Part shown: piece after piece, positions 25,722 to 37,500 of the stretch | Numbering within the stretch: the stretch's first letter is position 1 | How the letters are laid out: each line of letters starts with the position of its first letter | DNA from: Calcarisporiella thermophila CBS 279.70 | Lineage: Eukaryota; Fungi; Calcarisporiellomycota | Assembly (NCBI RefSeq): GCF_041956535.1 | Contig: NW_027192192.1 | Span: forward strand, 623,796 to 687,795 | Length of the DNA stretch: 64,000 nt | Reading direction: 5' to 3' | The notes under the pieces: model-generated | Seen by the model: only the letters and a program-made list of their open reading frames with translations | Database searches by the model: none | What the model was told of the DNA's origin: nothing | Translations under genes and position numbers: made by a program

Positions 25722-27081
25722 ATGGGCATTCTCGAAATCGTCCCGGCAGGCGTGATTACTGGAGACAATGTTCGTAAACTTTTTAACTATGCACGTGAAC
25801 ATGGTTTTGCGATCCCGGCAATCAATTGCACTTCAACCTCTACCGTTAACGCTGCACTAGAAGGTGCACGCGAAGCCAAGGCGCCTGTGATTATTCAGGT
25901 AGCTCATGTTACAACAGAATCTTTGTACTCTACTAATGTTGTTCGATATTTTCTTTTATAATTTTCAGTTTTCAAATGGAGGAGCTGCTTACTTTTGCGG
26001 AAAAGGTGTATCCAATGAAAATCAAAAAGCGTCGATCTTAGGTGCCATCGCTGGGGCTCATTATGTACGTGCAGTTGCAAAAGAATATGGCATGTAAGTT
26101 TTGACTCTGCTCATTTCAAAACTATATGGCAAATACACATGAATGATTAAATTCTTTTTCCTTGTAGCCCAGTTATCCTTCATTCTGACCATTGTGCCAA
26201 AAAATTGCTGCCCTGGCTTGACGGTATGATCGCTGCCGATGAAGAATATTTCAAGCAGACCGGCGAGCCCCTTTTCTCTTCTCACATGATCGACTTGAGC
26301 GAAGAATCGAAGGAAGAGAATATTGCTTTGAGCCTCGAGTATTTGAAACGCCTTGCACCAATGCAATGTTTACTCGAGATGGAGATTGGGATAACAGGTG
26401 GCGAGGAGGATGGAGTAAACAATGAATCGGTGGAAAACGCTGCGCTCTACACCCAGCCTGAAGATATATGGGATATTTACAAAGCGTTTTCTGCGGTTAC
26501 CGACCTGTTTACTATTGCTGCAGGCTTTGGCAACACCCATGGAGTCTACAAGCCTGGTAATGTAAAGTTGCAACCAGAGCTACTGGGTATGCCTATCAGC
26601 TTTAGTCATAGATTCTCTTACATATAAAACTAATGCATTTGGAGATAATTAAAGGCAAACATCAGCGCTATGTTCGGGATAAACTTGGTGAGGAAGCTCA
26701 CGAAAAACCTGTTTGGTTCGTATTCCATGGTGGATCAGGATCCACGCAAGAAGAGATTGCTACTGCTGTTCGCTATGGAGTTATTAAACAAAACTTGGAT
26801 ACCGATTTGCAGTGGGCGTAAGTTACTATCTCTACTACGTTTTGATTAAAACTATATGGCTTAGCAACAACATTGGATTGTTTAGATATATGTCTGGGGT
26901 CAGAGATTATATCCAAAAGAAACAAGACTACCTTAAGACGCAGGTTGGCAACCCCGAGGGAGATGAAAAGCCTAACAAAAAGTACTACGACCCGCGGGTG
27001 TGGGTTCGCGAAGGAGAGAAGTACATGTTACATAGAGTAGTGGAAGCATGCCAACACCTTGGCAATTTCAATGTTCTTTAA
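25722..27081 (+). CDS. FBA1: Fructose-bisphosphate aldolase class II
   Basis: AIPAINC, HSDHCAKK, FSSHMIDLSEE, EIGITGGEEDG, FGNTHGVYKPG, FHGGSGS, KKYYDPR. Confidence 0.97.
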
Positions 27082-27400
27082 TTATTTCATGGATTTAAGT
27101 CTTCATGGTTACTCAACTATGTGACTTAAATGGTGAAAACGATACTTTGCTAAAAGATTCAACCCTTAATAAAGTTCCAAATGGTGAATATTCTGCGCCG
27201 CAATAGTCACGTTCAATCAGACAGGCCACTTGAGAATGGCAATTTTTTTCTCCGACCTCTTTGTGAGATTTTCAACGAGGTTTTCTCTTTTCCCCGTTAT
27301 TCCTATTTCTAATTGATCATATATATATTTCTTTTTTTTTTAATATTGTTCCTAAATTCCTTTTTTTTCGATATTCTCAATATCTCTAATCTCCTCAGCG

Positions 27401-30367
27401 ATGGACATATCTACTAATTTTCATCTCACAAACAACGGAAATAAATCGCCTCACAGCATGGAAGCATTCGACAGTGATCAGGTTTATTTTCCCACGCATT
27501 CTCCCCGCACGACTCCTCCTAGTTCACTTGTACCCACAAAGCGTAAGGACGCTTATTCTCCTGTACTTCAGGGTCGAGGTGCTGTTACTAGTGATCTTCC
27601 TCCGATGGAAAAACTCTCTTATGAAATATACGACTGCTCTGGTCATTCCTCGCTCTATCATCCCCGCAATATTCGCGATAATCGCCCCCATGACCAGTCG
27701 TCACGTTGGTCCTCACCAAGCAATAATCAAGCACAATTTATCACGATCAAACTAGATAAATTGTCCATAGTCCGTATCCTTTTCACCCTTAGTTACTATA
27801 TATGATTTTTATAGTATATTCGAAGACTCCATTCATTCTATACCTTAACTCTGTCTTTTGCCTTTTCTCTGACTTTAGAGAACATTACGTTTGGAAAATA
27901 TCACAAAGGTATGCTTCCGCTTATTTTCTTTTGATTACCTAAATTTGATGGGTTTCTTTCAGTTCATGTATGCAATTTGAAAGAGTTCCGAGTATACGGC
28001 GGCCTGACACCTGACAATATGAATGAATTATTACATAGCGGTAATTAGTAGTCTCAATTAATTTTGTTTATCTCAGGAACCCATTCTTTATGTTGATTAT
28101 TATAGGCTTAAAAAATGATTGTGAACCCGAGACTTTTCCACTTAAGCATATGGCAAATAGCGTGGTAATTTTCCGTCTTTCAAAAGAAAATTTCTGCAGC
28201 TTTGACCTAACACTTTATCTTAACATTTTATCCTCTTGCAAAAGATTGTTCCTTGCCAATACATAAAAATTGTCCCATTGATGGCTTGGGGTGCTAACTT
28301 TAATTATAGCATATGGTATGTTGAATTGAATGGCATATCTGATCCCTCCATCGTTCAGAAGGCATATACCGATTACCAGAATGTGAGCAATACCCATAAT
28401 ATATCCCATTTATTGGAGCTAATGTTTGACATGCATCAGTTTCAAGAAATACAAGCGATTAAGCTGTGTCTTAAACATTTCCGTCAACGGAATTACATGG
28501 AAGAGTTTCAAGCTTTACAACAACGCACGCAAGTTCAGCTAGAGGATCCATTGCTTACTCGGCTTCACGAGGAGCTAGTGAGCCAAGGCAATTTTGAAGC
28601 CGCAGAATCTATTATGTTGGAAGCCAATGACCGGAATTTATTCGAAGACTACATCGGAGATTGTGCTTACCAACCTTTCTGGAAGCGAATTGAGGCAACA
28701 AGTGCAGGTTAATCCAATATATTTTTATAAATTCAAAAGTTCTATCTTTTTTCAACTAATCAAAATAAAATAGATGGAGACTCGCCCTGTATGCGTGGTG
28801 GTCATCAGATGTGCATCGATATAGAGGCTGGAAAGATCTATCTGATGGGCGGATGGAGTGGAGTCGAAGATCTAGCTGACTTTTGGGTGTATGATATTCA
28901 AGAGCGGACCTGGTTCCAAATTAGCTATGATACAAGAGAGTGAGTTGAAATTTACTATTATTTTTCACTTCAAATAATTTATTTATTTCTATGGCATTCA
29001 ATAGACAAGGGGGCCCTTCACCACGATCTTGCCATAAACTTTGTTTGGATCCAGTTCGTAAACAAATATATGTGCTGGGTCGATACGTTGAGGAGAAACA
29101 AAGAGCCGATACATATCTAAACAGTGATTTTTATCGCTACGATATCATAATGGACTCTTGGGTAAAATTATCGAATGATACAAAGGTACGGCATCTTTCG
29201 GAGAAAACTTCTGCCCAAACAGCATTTATTACCTCTTTCTTAATAAAATAGATGGATGGCGGACCTGAACTGATTTATGACCACCAAATGTGCATTGATT
29301 CCGAAAAAGGCATTATGTACGTATTTGGTGGGCGAGTTGTAAGTGCAGGACAGAGCGGACACCGGTATAGCGGTCTCTATACCTACGATATCAACTCAAA
29401 TAGCTGGCGCTTACTCAGGATGGCAGAAGGCCGTCCCATTTCGCCTTCTACCCCGGGTCAACAGCACTTGGACAATGCACTCAAGTCTCGAATTGGACAT
29501 TCAATGCTCTATGATTCGAATAAATCCCTACTATACATCCTTGCAGGACAACGCGGAAAGGACCATTTATCTGATTTGCACGCTTATGACCTTAATGCGG
29601 ATGTTGTGCGCGAGATTACACGCGATTACACGAAGCATGGAGGGCCTGAGGCAGGACATACTCAAAGAGCAACATTGGATCAGGATAGAGAAGAAATTTA
29701 TGTGTTGAGCGGACTGATGCGAGATAGAGAGTCTTCGAAAAAGGGTGTGCGCAATAGTTTCTGGGTGTATTCGCTACGGCGAGATCGGTGGTCATGTATC
29801 TATCAAAACGGGCAATCGCCTGAGATGGACGCAATGCGTACTTGCGAACCAGTTCCAAGGTATGCACACCAGATAGTTTACAATAGCCAGAACAAGGTAC
29901 ACTATCTCTTTGGAGGAAACCCTGGGGAAGCAAAAAATACACAATTGCGCCTGGACGATTTTTGGGAACTGCACCTTATAAGGTAATTTTAATGGCAAAT
30001 TCGTCATATGAGCACCTATATAAAACGACTGAACTTTTATTTAAGGCCATCCTCAAAAGATATTCTTCGTCGCGCACAATTTCAAATTCGAGAGCAACAA
30101 TTTCGTGAATTGGCTTTTAATGCTACAACTCAAGCAGACCGAATGCAAGGACTCGATTTTCTGCAGACCCGCGTTTCAGCGGTAGTTAATAACGCGGACG
30201 AAAAGGAGCGTGCAGCGTTTCACTCATTAGTTACATATCTTTTTATGCGCCCAGAGGAACGGAATTTTTTCGAGGAACGCACGCAGCTATTTGAGAAGCT
30301 TTTGTCGTACTTTCCCGAAGGAATGAAAGAGCCAAAAGCGTCGTTAGTAGATGCGGTCAAGTTCTAA
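27401..30367 (+). CDS. MKLN1: Muskelin (discoidin-like N domain, LisH/CTLH, Kelch repeats)
   Basis: DQSSRWSS, TFGKYHK, HVCNLKEF, GANFNYSIW, CLKHFRQRNY, MRGGHQMCID, PSPRSCHK, PRYAHQ, RLDDFW. Confidence 0.9.
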
Positions 30368-31298
30368 AATGAAGCAAAACACGGTGTCTGATATTTTGGT
30401 ATATTACATTCTTTCTATTTTTTGCTTGATATGCGGGATACCATTGTCTGTTGATTAAACACCTGTTCCTAGCAGAGTGTTTATATGTGCATGGTTTATA
30501 ACTTTCCCCTGTTACTATTATGCAGCTTTGTAGATTAGTCAAACACTATATTTGTATTTTTCCTCTCACTCTTAATTAATATTAAATAGTAATTAATGTA
30601 AATAATGCTTGGAACATTTATGTGGCAGAGGGGACGTCATTTCATATTTGGTGATGATTTTAGAAGAAGCATGAATAAGAACTTGTGAGGCAACTAACTT
30701 AGAGTTCAGCATGGGAGCAAGGTAGAAAGCTTATAGGAAAACTGGGGAGAGTGCTTATGCTTATCCTTTTAGAGATATACTGTGCATATTTCTATTATCG
30801 GTTGAAGTGTGGGTGGATACGCAGTATGCATAGTGAGATTAAAAAGTAGCATAAAACACGTAAAAGTTGAGTTTTGTTTTCTTTTCTTTCCTCCCTTGCA
30901 TATGAAAACGTAATCTATTGTCAATAGTGCCTATGTGATATAAGACTCTACAGAATGAGGATTAGAAATTGAACTAAAGTATAATCATATAAGTAAAATC
31001 ATATACGGATGCTAAACACTTATAATTATTGTTTTTTATTGTTTTGGATAGAAAAATTTTTTTAAATCAATAAAAAGACATGAGATAAAGTGTATATGAA
31101 GTGCTGTAGTAAGAAAGAAATACAAGCGTTTTTTGCGTTTGAGCAGATGAAAACACAAACTGAATAAACAGTCCAAAGAAATAAAAAAAGAGACGCCAAA
31201 GATTCTGGTGGTGTATGTATATGTTTATATATATGTAGGTAACTTTTCAAATGAGGAAGGGAACGCAGTGTTTGCTTTCGCCAATGTATGAGTACTTG

Positions 31299-31445
31299 CT
31301 AGTTTGAACACGCAGCATAGGTCGGGTGTTGTCTTCCACACTTATCGCAAGCAGGACAAGAGGGGTCACGCCATACTTTATCTGCTTCATTCTTTCCCTG
31401 CCATCCCATACCTCCCAAGTGTGTAGCAAATGACGTAGCACTCAT
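31299..31445 (-). CDS. Putative 48-aa Cys/His-rich microprotein
   Basis: MSATSFATHLGGMGWQGKNEADKVWRDPSCPACDKCGRQHPTYAACSN*; GC-rich island in AT-rich DNA; TATAAATA ~140 bp upstream. Confidence 0.55.
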   Translation of the reverse strand: MSATSFATHLGGMGWQGKNEADKVWRDPSCPACDKCGRQHPTYAACSN

Positions 31446-31964
31446 GTCTTAGCAGAGGTTATTGTTTACAAATATGAGCAGGCAATATTCCTTAGTACAC
31501 AGACTCCACTATAAAAGAAGTGATAGAAGAGATTTGTTTTGTGAGGATTAATGAGAGAGACCCATGATGAAGAAAGGGATTCCTTATATTTATAATGATT
31601 GTGGTAAAAAAGTTATGCGTAGCTGTGTGAAAAAAAAGAAAAACAACCTTATCGCAATGTGCGCATGGAAACTTTAAAGCACAGACGCTACCATTTCAAG
31701 GGGTAATTGAACCTTTTCGTTCCGCCCTAGTTAGTCCGAAGAGGCTTATTGCGAATTATATTTGAACTACGCCTTTTTCACAAAATAATTGCACCTTATA
31801 ATACAATGGGTGGCTAATCATGGCCTAATAAGCGTCTCGTTCAATTCGATCTAATATTATATCCGAGGAGTTCTATTATTTTATTTTCGGATGAAAGCAG
31901 GATTGATAAAAGAAGCTTTTGAAAAAGGTTTAAGGCTTTAAAACGCTTTAAAAACAATATTCAC

Positions 31965-32723
31965 TTATGAGGATTTTTTTCCCATCTTCTTTTGAAAAGG
32001 TATCCCAAATCCACTCAGGAGAAGCCGTCCATCGAGATTTGTGTACGCGGTTGTGTTGAAGACTACGTGGAATCCCGTCATCCGCGGATACATATCATAA
32101 TTAGATTCGATATCAGGGAACAGGCTGAGCGCAGATGCAGGAAAACCCATCGCAATATTTCCATTCCCATCCCCGGCTGTGATGGGTAGTCCCTGCCATT
32201 CCTTCATCCGCGGTAGAACAATCTCCACTAGCTTATCCAGAAATGTATACATTTTATCGCCTTTGAGAGTCACTTTACATCCAATCGGCATTCCTTCACG
32301 AAGCTTCCACGTCGCCGCTCCAGTTCGTGCAAATACGATCTCTGGTCGTACTCCAGTGATCGACTGGATCGCCATGATGGCCGAAAGAAGATTGGTCTTG
32401 CTAAGGATCGCTTCTTTTACCATGCAATGTACGTCAATCTTTTGAAGTTCTGGAACGGTTCGGGAGGACTTGGGAGGTGGTGTCGGCTTGAGAGGCTTAT
32501 TCCCGCGACGAATTTTGTTTGCTTTAGATTCCGTTACAGGGGCATCGGGTTTAGGATGCTCATAAGTGAGGTACATTAAATCATCTTGAAGGGTAGTATA
32601 ATAGTGTTCGCGAAGTCTTGTTAATCCAACTACCCCTGATGTGGAGAGCGACGAGTAAAAACGTTTAGAAGCTGGGCTCGGAGCCGTTCTAGCTAGATTA
32701 CATAAGAGCGATCGCGTTGCCAT
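31965..32723 (-). CDS. MRPL7: Mitochondrial ribosomal protein uL5m
   Basis: Arg/Ser-rich presequence, LQDDLMYLTY, WKLREGMPIGCKVTLKG, IVLPRMKEW, LLSGFGIPF. Confidence 0.92.
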   Translation of the reverse strand: MATRSLLCNLARTAPSPASKRFYSSLSTSGVVGLTRLREHYYTTLQDDLMYLTYEHPKPDAPVTESKANKIRRGNKPLKPTPPPKSSRTVPELQKIDVHCMVKEAILSKTNLLSAIMAIQSITGVRPEIVFARTGAATWKLREGMPIGCKVTLKGDKMYTFLDKLVEIVLPRMKEWQGLPITAGDGNGNIAMGFPASALSLFPDIESNYDMYPRMTGFHVVFNTTAYTNLDGRLLLSGFGIPFQKKMGKKSS

Positions 32724-33799
32724 GCGACTACTATTCAAGAATTTCGATTTTTTGGTTTTTCTTAGTGTTCTTGTTTACCCAAATGTGTTTTGTATTTTGT
32801 GACTATGTCTAAGCCACGACTTCGCTTGTATATGGTGGCAAAACAGAATTTTAAATATCAAGCTAGTTGGAAGTAAACAGGATGCTCAAGCTAGAAAAAA
32901 AGTATTTCATTATACTATTCTATCGCTACCCCAATACCAAATATAAAAACAAAATAACAAAAAACAATTCAGGCTCTCAAAAAAATCTTTATACTTTTTA
33001 TTCGCTTATATTATTTTGTTCTAATTAGTGCTTGTAATTCGAAACCAAAACTATTAGTCAATTACTATATGGGTGGAAAATGCCTTTTTATCTTGAAATT
33101 ATGAACTACATAGAATACAAGTTGATCATTCGCTTCACTTTCCCAGACCAGATATCTCATTATTGCCTTATCTTCTCTGATACTGAGGAGGTCAAGATTA
33201 CTTACTATTGATATTTTAGCTTTCGCCAGTTTTGATTGCTCCCAATAGTCCAGTCGGATGAAATGAATCAAACTCGATTCCATCTTCCGTTACTAACCGA
33301 ACTTTACACAAGAATTGAGTATAATTAAATCAATATATATATTCATTATTATGAAGTATCGGCTCAAGCATATTTTGCTATTAGGGTATCAGTGAAATGC
33401 TCAGATTATATAGGAAAGGGAGAAATTAGCCAAAAGCAAACACTCACCATATTATTTGCTTAATCCACATGATTAGATAGCATGTATGAAATTCTATCGG
33501 AGTAAGCACGCATATAATTTGAGATCAATATTTTAACTGGTGTATTTTGAGATCACCTTTCTACTTGACCCCTTTTAGCAATTCTTTTTTAAAAAATCAT
33601 GGGTAGATACAAATGTTCTATTAAGCGAGAATGTGTTCAAATATAATATAATGAAAGCATATCAGATTTAGCAATTATTCCATTGTTTGGGGCTTCGATT
33701 TGTAGGTCAGAATGAGTATGAGAGAGTCATAAATTTCACGCCTAGTGCTTTGTTAATTTATTTTTTTTCTCCTACTAGTATTGGGAATTTTTCATTATA

Positions 33800-35346
33800 A
33801 TGGCTTCCTCGGTCCTTAATATTGCTAAGGCTGCGCGACAAGCTTCAACCTCATTGCAGTCAGTAACACCTACTCAGAAGAGTGAAGCACTTTTTCGTAT
33901 TCGAGAATGTCTTGCTAATCGCAGAGAGGAAATCTTAGCAGCAAATAGACTTGATAAAAAAGTAAGCAATAATGTCATTATAGCTTCCATTAAGCGAGAT
34001 TTAAATGTCTTTTCGATTAATTTAGCTTGCAGAAAAGCTAGTTCAAGAAGGGAAACTCTCATCTTCCCTTTGCAAGCGTATTGACCTCGAAAAGGGAGAC
34101 AAGTTTGATTCTATGCTTCAAGGCATTCTCGATATCGAGAAATTACCGGATCCTACTAATCAAATAACACTTGCAACTCGACTTCATGATGGGTTAGATC
34201 TCTATCGAGTTACCTGTCCCGTTGGCGTTCTGCTTGTTATATTTGAAGCAAGGCCGGAGGTTATAGTCAATATTTCTGCCCTTGCTATCAAGTCTGGTAA
34301 AGAAATTTTCATTTAAATTTATTTCAATTAACTGAGTATGCCATTATATTGCAATTTAAATAGGAAATGCTGTCATTCTTAAAGGAGGAAAAGAAGCTCT
34401 TCATTCTAACACTATATTGCAAAAATGTATCGAAGATGCGCTAATTTCTCTAAATGGTGGAGTGCCTGCTGCCTCAGTACAAATTGTATCTTCTCGTGAC
34501 GAAATAACCACGCTGCTCGATGCCGACCGTTATATCGACTTAGTGATTCCCCGGGGATCTAATGCACTTGTTCGTTACATTCAGAACAATACACGAATCC
34601 CCGTTTTGGGTCATGCTGATGGACTTTGCTCAATCTATGTGCACCAGGATGCAGATGAGAATAAAGCGGTTCGAGTCGTTACCGATGCAAAAATTAATTA
34701 TCCAGCCGCATGTAACGCGGCTGAAACCCTTCTCGTGCATCGTAATGTCGTAAAATCTCTACTACCGAGCATAGCAAAGTCACTTATCTCAAGTGGTGTG
34801 CGATTAAAGGCAGATGAGATTACATTACCTGTGCTCCAAAATTTATTCCCAGATGCAGTTGATGCAGCTACTCCTCAAGATTTTGACACAGAGTTCCTTG
34901 ATTTGATAATGGCAGTCCGTGCCGTGGATAGCCTCGAGGATGCGATCGATCATATCAACTTACATGGGAGCAAACACACTGATTGTATTCTAACCGAGAA
35001 TGAGGCTGCCGCACATCAATTTATGCGATCAGTAGATGCCTCAGGAGTATATTGGAATGCTAGCACTCGTTTTGCAGACGGATTTCGCTATGGGTTTGGT
35101 GCCGAAGTAGGGGTAAGTCTGTGAGACTAATAAATATCTTATGGTCTGACTTCATCGAGAATATTATAGGTTTCCACGAACAAAACTCATGCGCGTGGGC
35201 CAGTTGGCTTAGAAGGATTAACAATATATAAATATCGTTTGTACGGCAATGGGCACATTGTTGGGGAATTTAACGGAGGTTTAAAGTTTTTACATGATAA
35301 AATACAACCTAATGAATATCAGAGAGACGTTAATGTTAAATTTTAA
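33800..35346 (+). CDS. PRO2: Gamma-glutamyl phosphate reductase
   Basis: [69 protein letters not shown]. Confidence 0.96.
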
Positions 35347-35451
35347 GGATATTTTTAAAGATTATTTTTTATTAATAAACTTAAAAAAAATGGAACTAAA
35401 CTTTTTCAGGTAAAAAGGAAAATCAACATAAATATCAGACATAGAAATCAC

Positions 35452-37137
35452 TTAAAGCTCATCATGGACAGCCTCATCCTCCTTGGTAGCCTTCTTTTCC
35501 TCCTTCTTAGGCTCCTCTGCTTTTTCCTCTTCTTTATCTTCTTTCTCCTCTTTCTTCTCTTCAATTTCGATTTCCACCTTGTTAACGGCGTTGTCTTTCA
35601 AGAACTTGGCGAGACTCTCGAGAGAACGATTGTCGTTGTAGTCGACGATTTCTTTATCTTTGCCAGCTTTACCAGCCTTGAACAATTTAATTGTTGGGAA
35701 TCCAGAGATTTCAAATCCAGCATTGGCAGGAAGATCATTGGCTGTAGCATCCATCTTGGCAACTACGATTTTACTATTAGCCGGGTTTGCACGAACCTTG
35801 GCACCAAGCTCACTCCAGGTAGGCTCGAGGCGCTTGCAATGGCCACACCAAGGTGCATAGAACTCGACTAGCACATCCTTATCCTGATCATATACAATTT
35901 TTTCAAACTCTTTGGCTACAACAACTGTCACTGGCCCGTCATTCTTCTCAGGGATGGGTTCAGACTTAATGGATGGTGGGATTTCACCCTTGCTGAAACG
36001 AGTAACAAAATCATGGATAGACTCTGTGGTGATAGCCTTCTCTTGATCAAATGGATACTTAGTAGAGTCGGAGACATTTTGAATCGCGAAAGCAGGCCAT
36101 TTCTCCTTAAGGTTCAGACTCTCCGCAGCCTGTCCAAATTTGTTGGAATCCACCCAGATAAAGTTTATGCGACCCTTGAATTCACGCGCAATAGGCTCCA
36201 GAGCCTTGGTCAATTCCTTACGTGAATCCTCATTTTCAACAAAGAGGAATGCGAGTGGAAGACCTGTTTCAATATAGCTGCCATAGTTTTCGGGGCTAAT
36301 TTCATCAAGAAGCGGAACGGAGTTGGTCTTGATAAACTTCTCGAGATCGGCAGCGTCAAATTTGCCTTCGAAATTATTCTTGCCCTCGTCGAACTTCTTG
36401 AAGAGAACTGCTGCTGGAGGCTTAACTCCATATTTTTCGGCTGAAGAAGCATCGTTAATGGAGCCGAAGACAAAGTCATTACGCAGCTTCTTAGCTAGAG
36501 TTTCAAAAGTTTCTTGTTCAGATTTGTCAGAATCGCTGAAGAAACCAACCACAACAACTCGATCAGAATCTTTGAATGTTTCGAGTTTCTCAGAGGTGAG
36601 TTCTGAAACGGGAGGAAGTGTTTGCCTATAGGTGATTGTAGAAGAAAAATTTAACGTCCAGTTCAGATCTCAAATAAAAATATATAACTCACTTCTTCAT
36701 GAAACTAACGAGACCATCAGCCTTGCGTGGTCCGCTGTATTCAACAATTTCACCGTCTTTACGGAAAAGCTTCAGAGTAGGGAAGCCTTGGACTCCATGC
36801 TCAGAGCAAAGATCTTGCTCAGCAGTACAGTCAACTTTGGCAAGCTTAAGATTTGATTTTTTCAACTCTGTAGCTGCCTGCTCATACTCTGGAGCAAGAC
36901 GTTGGCAGTGACCACACCAGGGCGCATAAAACTCGACCATAATACTAAAGATAGATTAATAGATGAAAAAACCCCGTGTATTAAGCACTTAACTTACAGA
37001 TTTTCCTCTCCAACAACCGACTTAAATGTGTCTTTCGTTAGAGCCAGAACATCAGAGTTTTCCTCGCCAAATACAAACGAAGGACCAGCGGCAGCAAGAA
37101 CGCTAAGGAGCAGAAGAGAATTGCGAAGAAGCTTCAT
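35452..37137 (-). CDS. PDI1: Protein disulfide isomerase
   Basis: Signal peptide, two FYAPWCGHC thioredoxin sites, b-b' domains, C-terminal HDEL. Confidence 0.97.
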
Positions 37138-37500
37138 TTTCCAAATAATTAACAATATAGCAAACAATTTAAGAGAAGGTGTAAGGCTAATAAGAGAAAA
37201 AAAATAGATCGAAAGAATGTATGAAGAAAAAGAGAAAGGAGAATCACGGCCTCGCCCTCTTTATGCACGTAAGTCTTTAAACTTCAAGCGACTCTTGATC
37301 TCCTACGTTCCCGCTCGGGATTGGACAATATTTTTAATGTGGCTTGTGTGGCTTGTCAGGGGTTAAGAGTAATCCCTGACTCATCGGAGCTGTAAATAAA
37401 TAAAATTGCGTAATTAATATCGAGATTTTAAGCCCCCTAATTTATATTCTATTTGCTCCTTCGTATCTCGTTATTCATCTTGTAATTTATGATCAAAAAA

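Noticed and set aside
33065-33283. 72-aa intergenic ORF (likewise 1958..2143, 7529..7813, 24959..25168, 25224..25436, 31062..31250)
   Set aside because: AT-rich, no motifs, no supporting exon structure; probably chance ORFs.
35452-37137. Possible selenoprotein recoding, since some early-diverging fungi use Sec
   Set aside because: Both PDI sites are CGHC, and no in-frame TGA at a conserved Cys was seen in any gene read.
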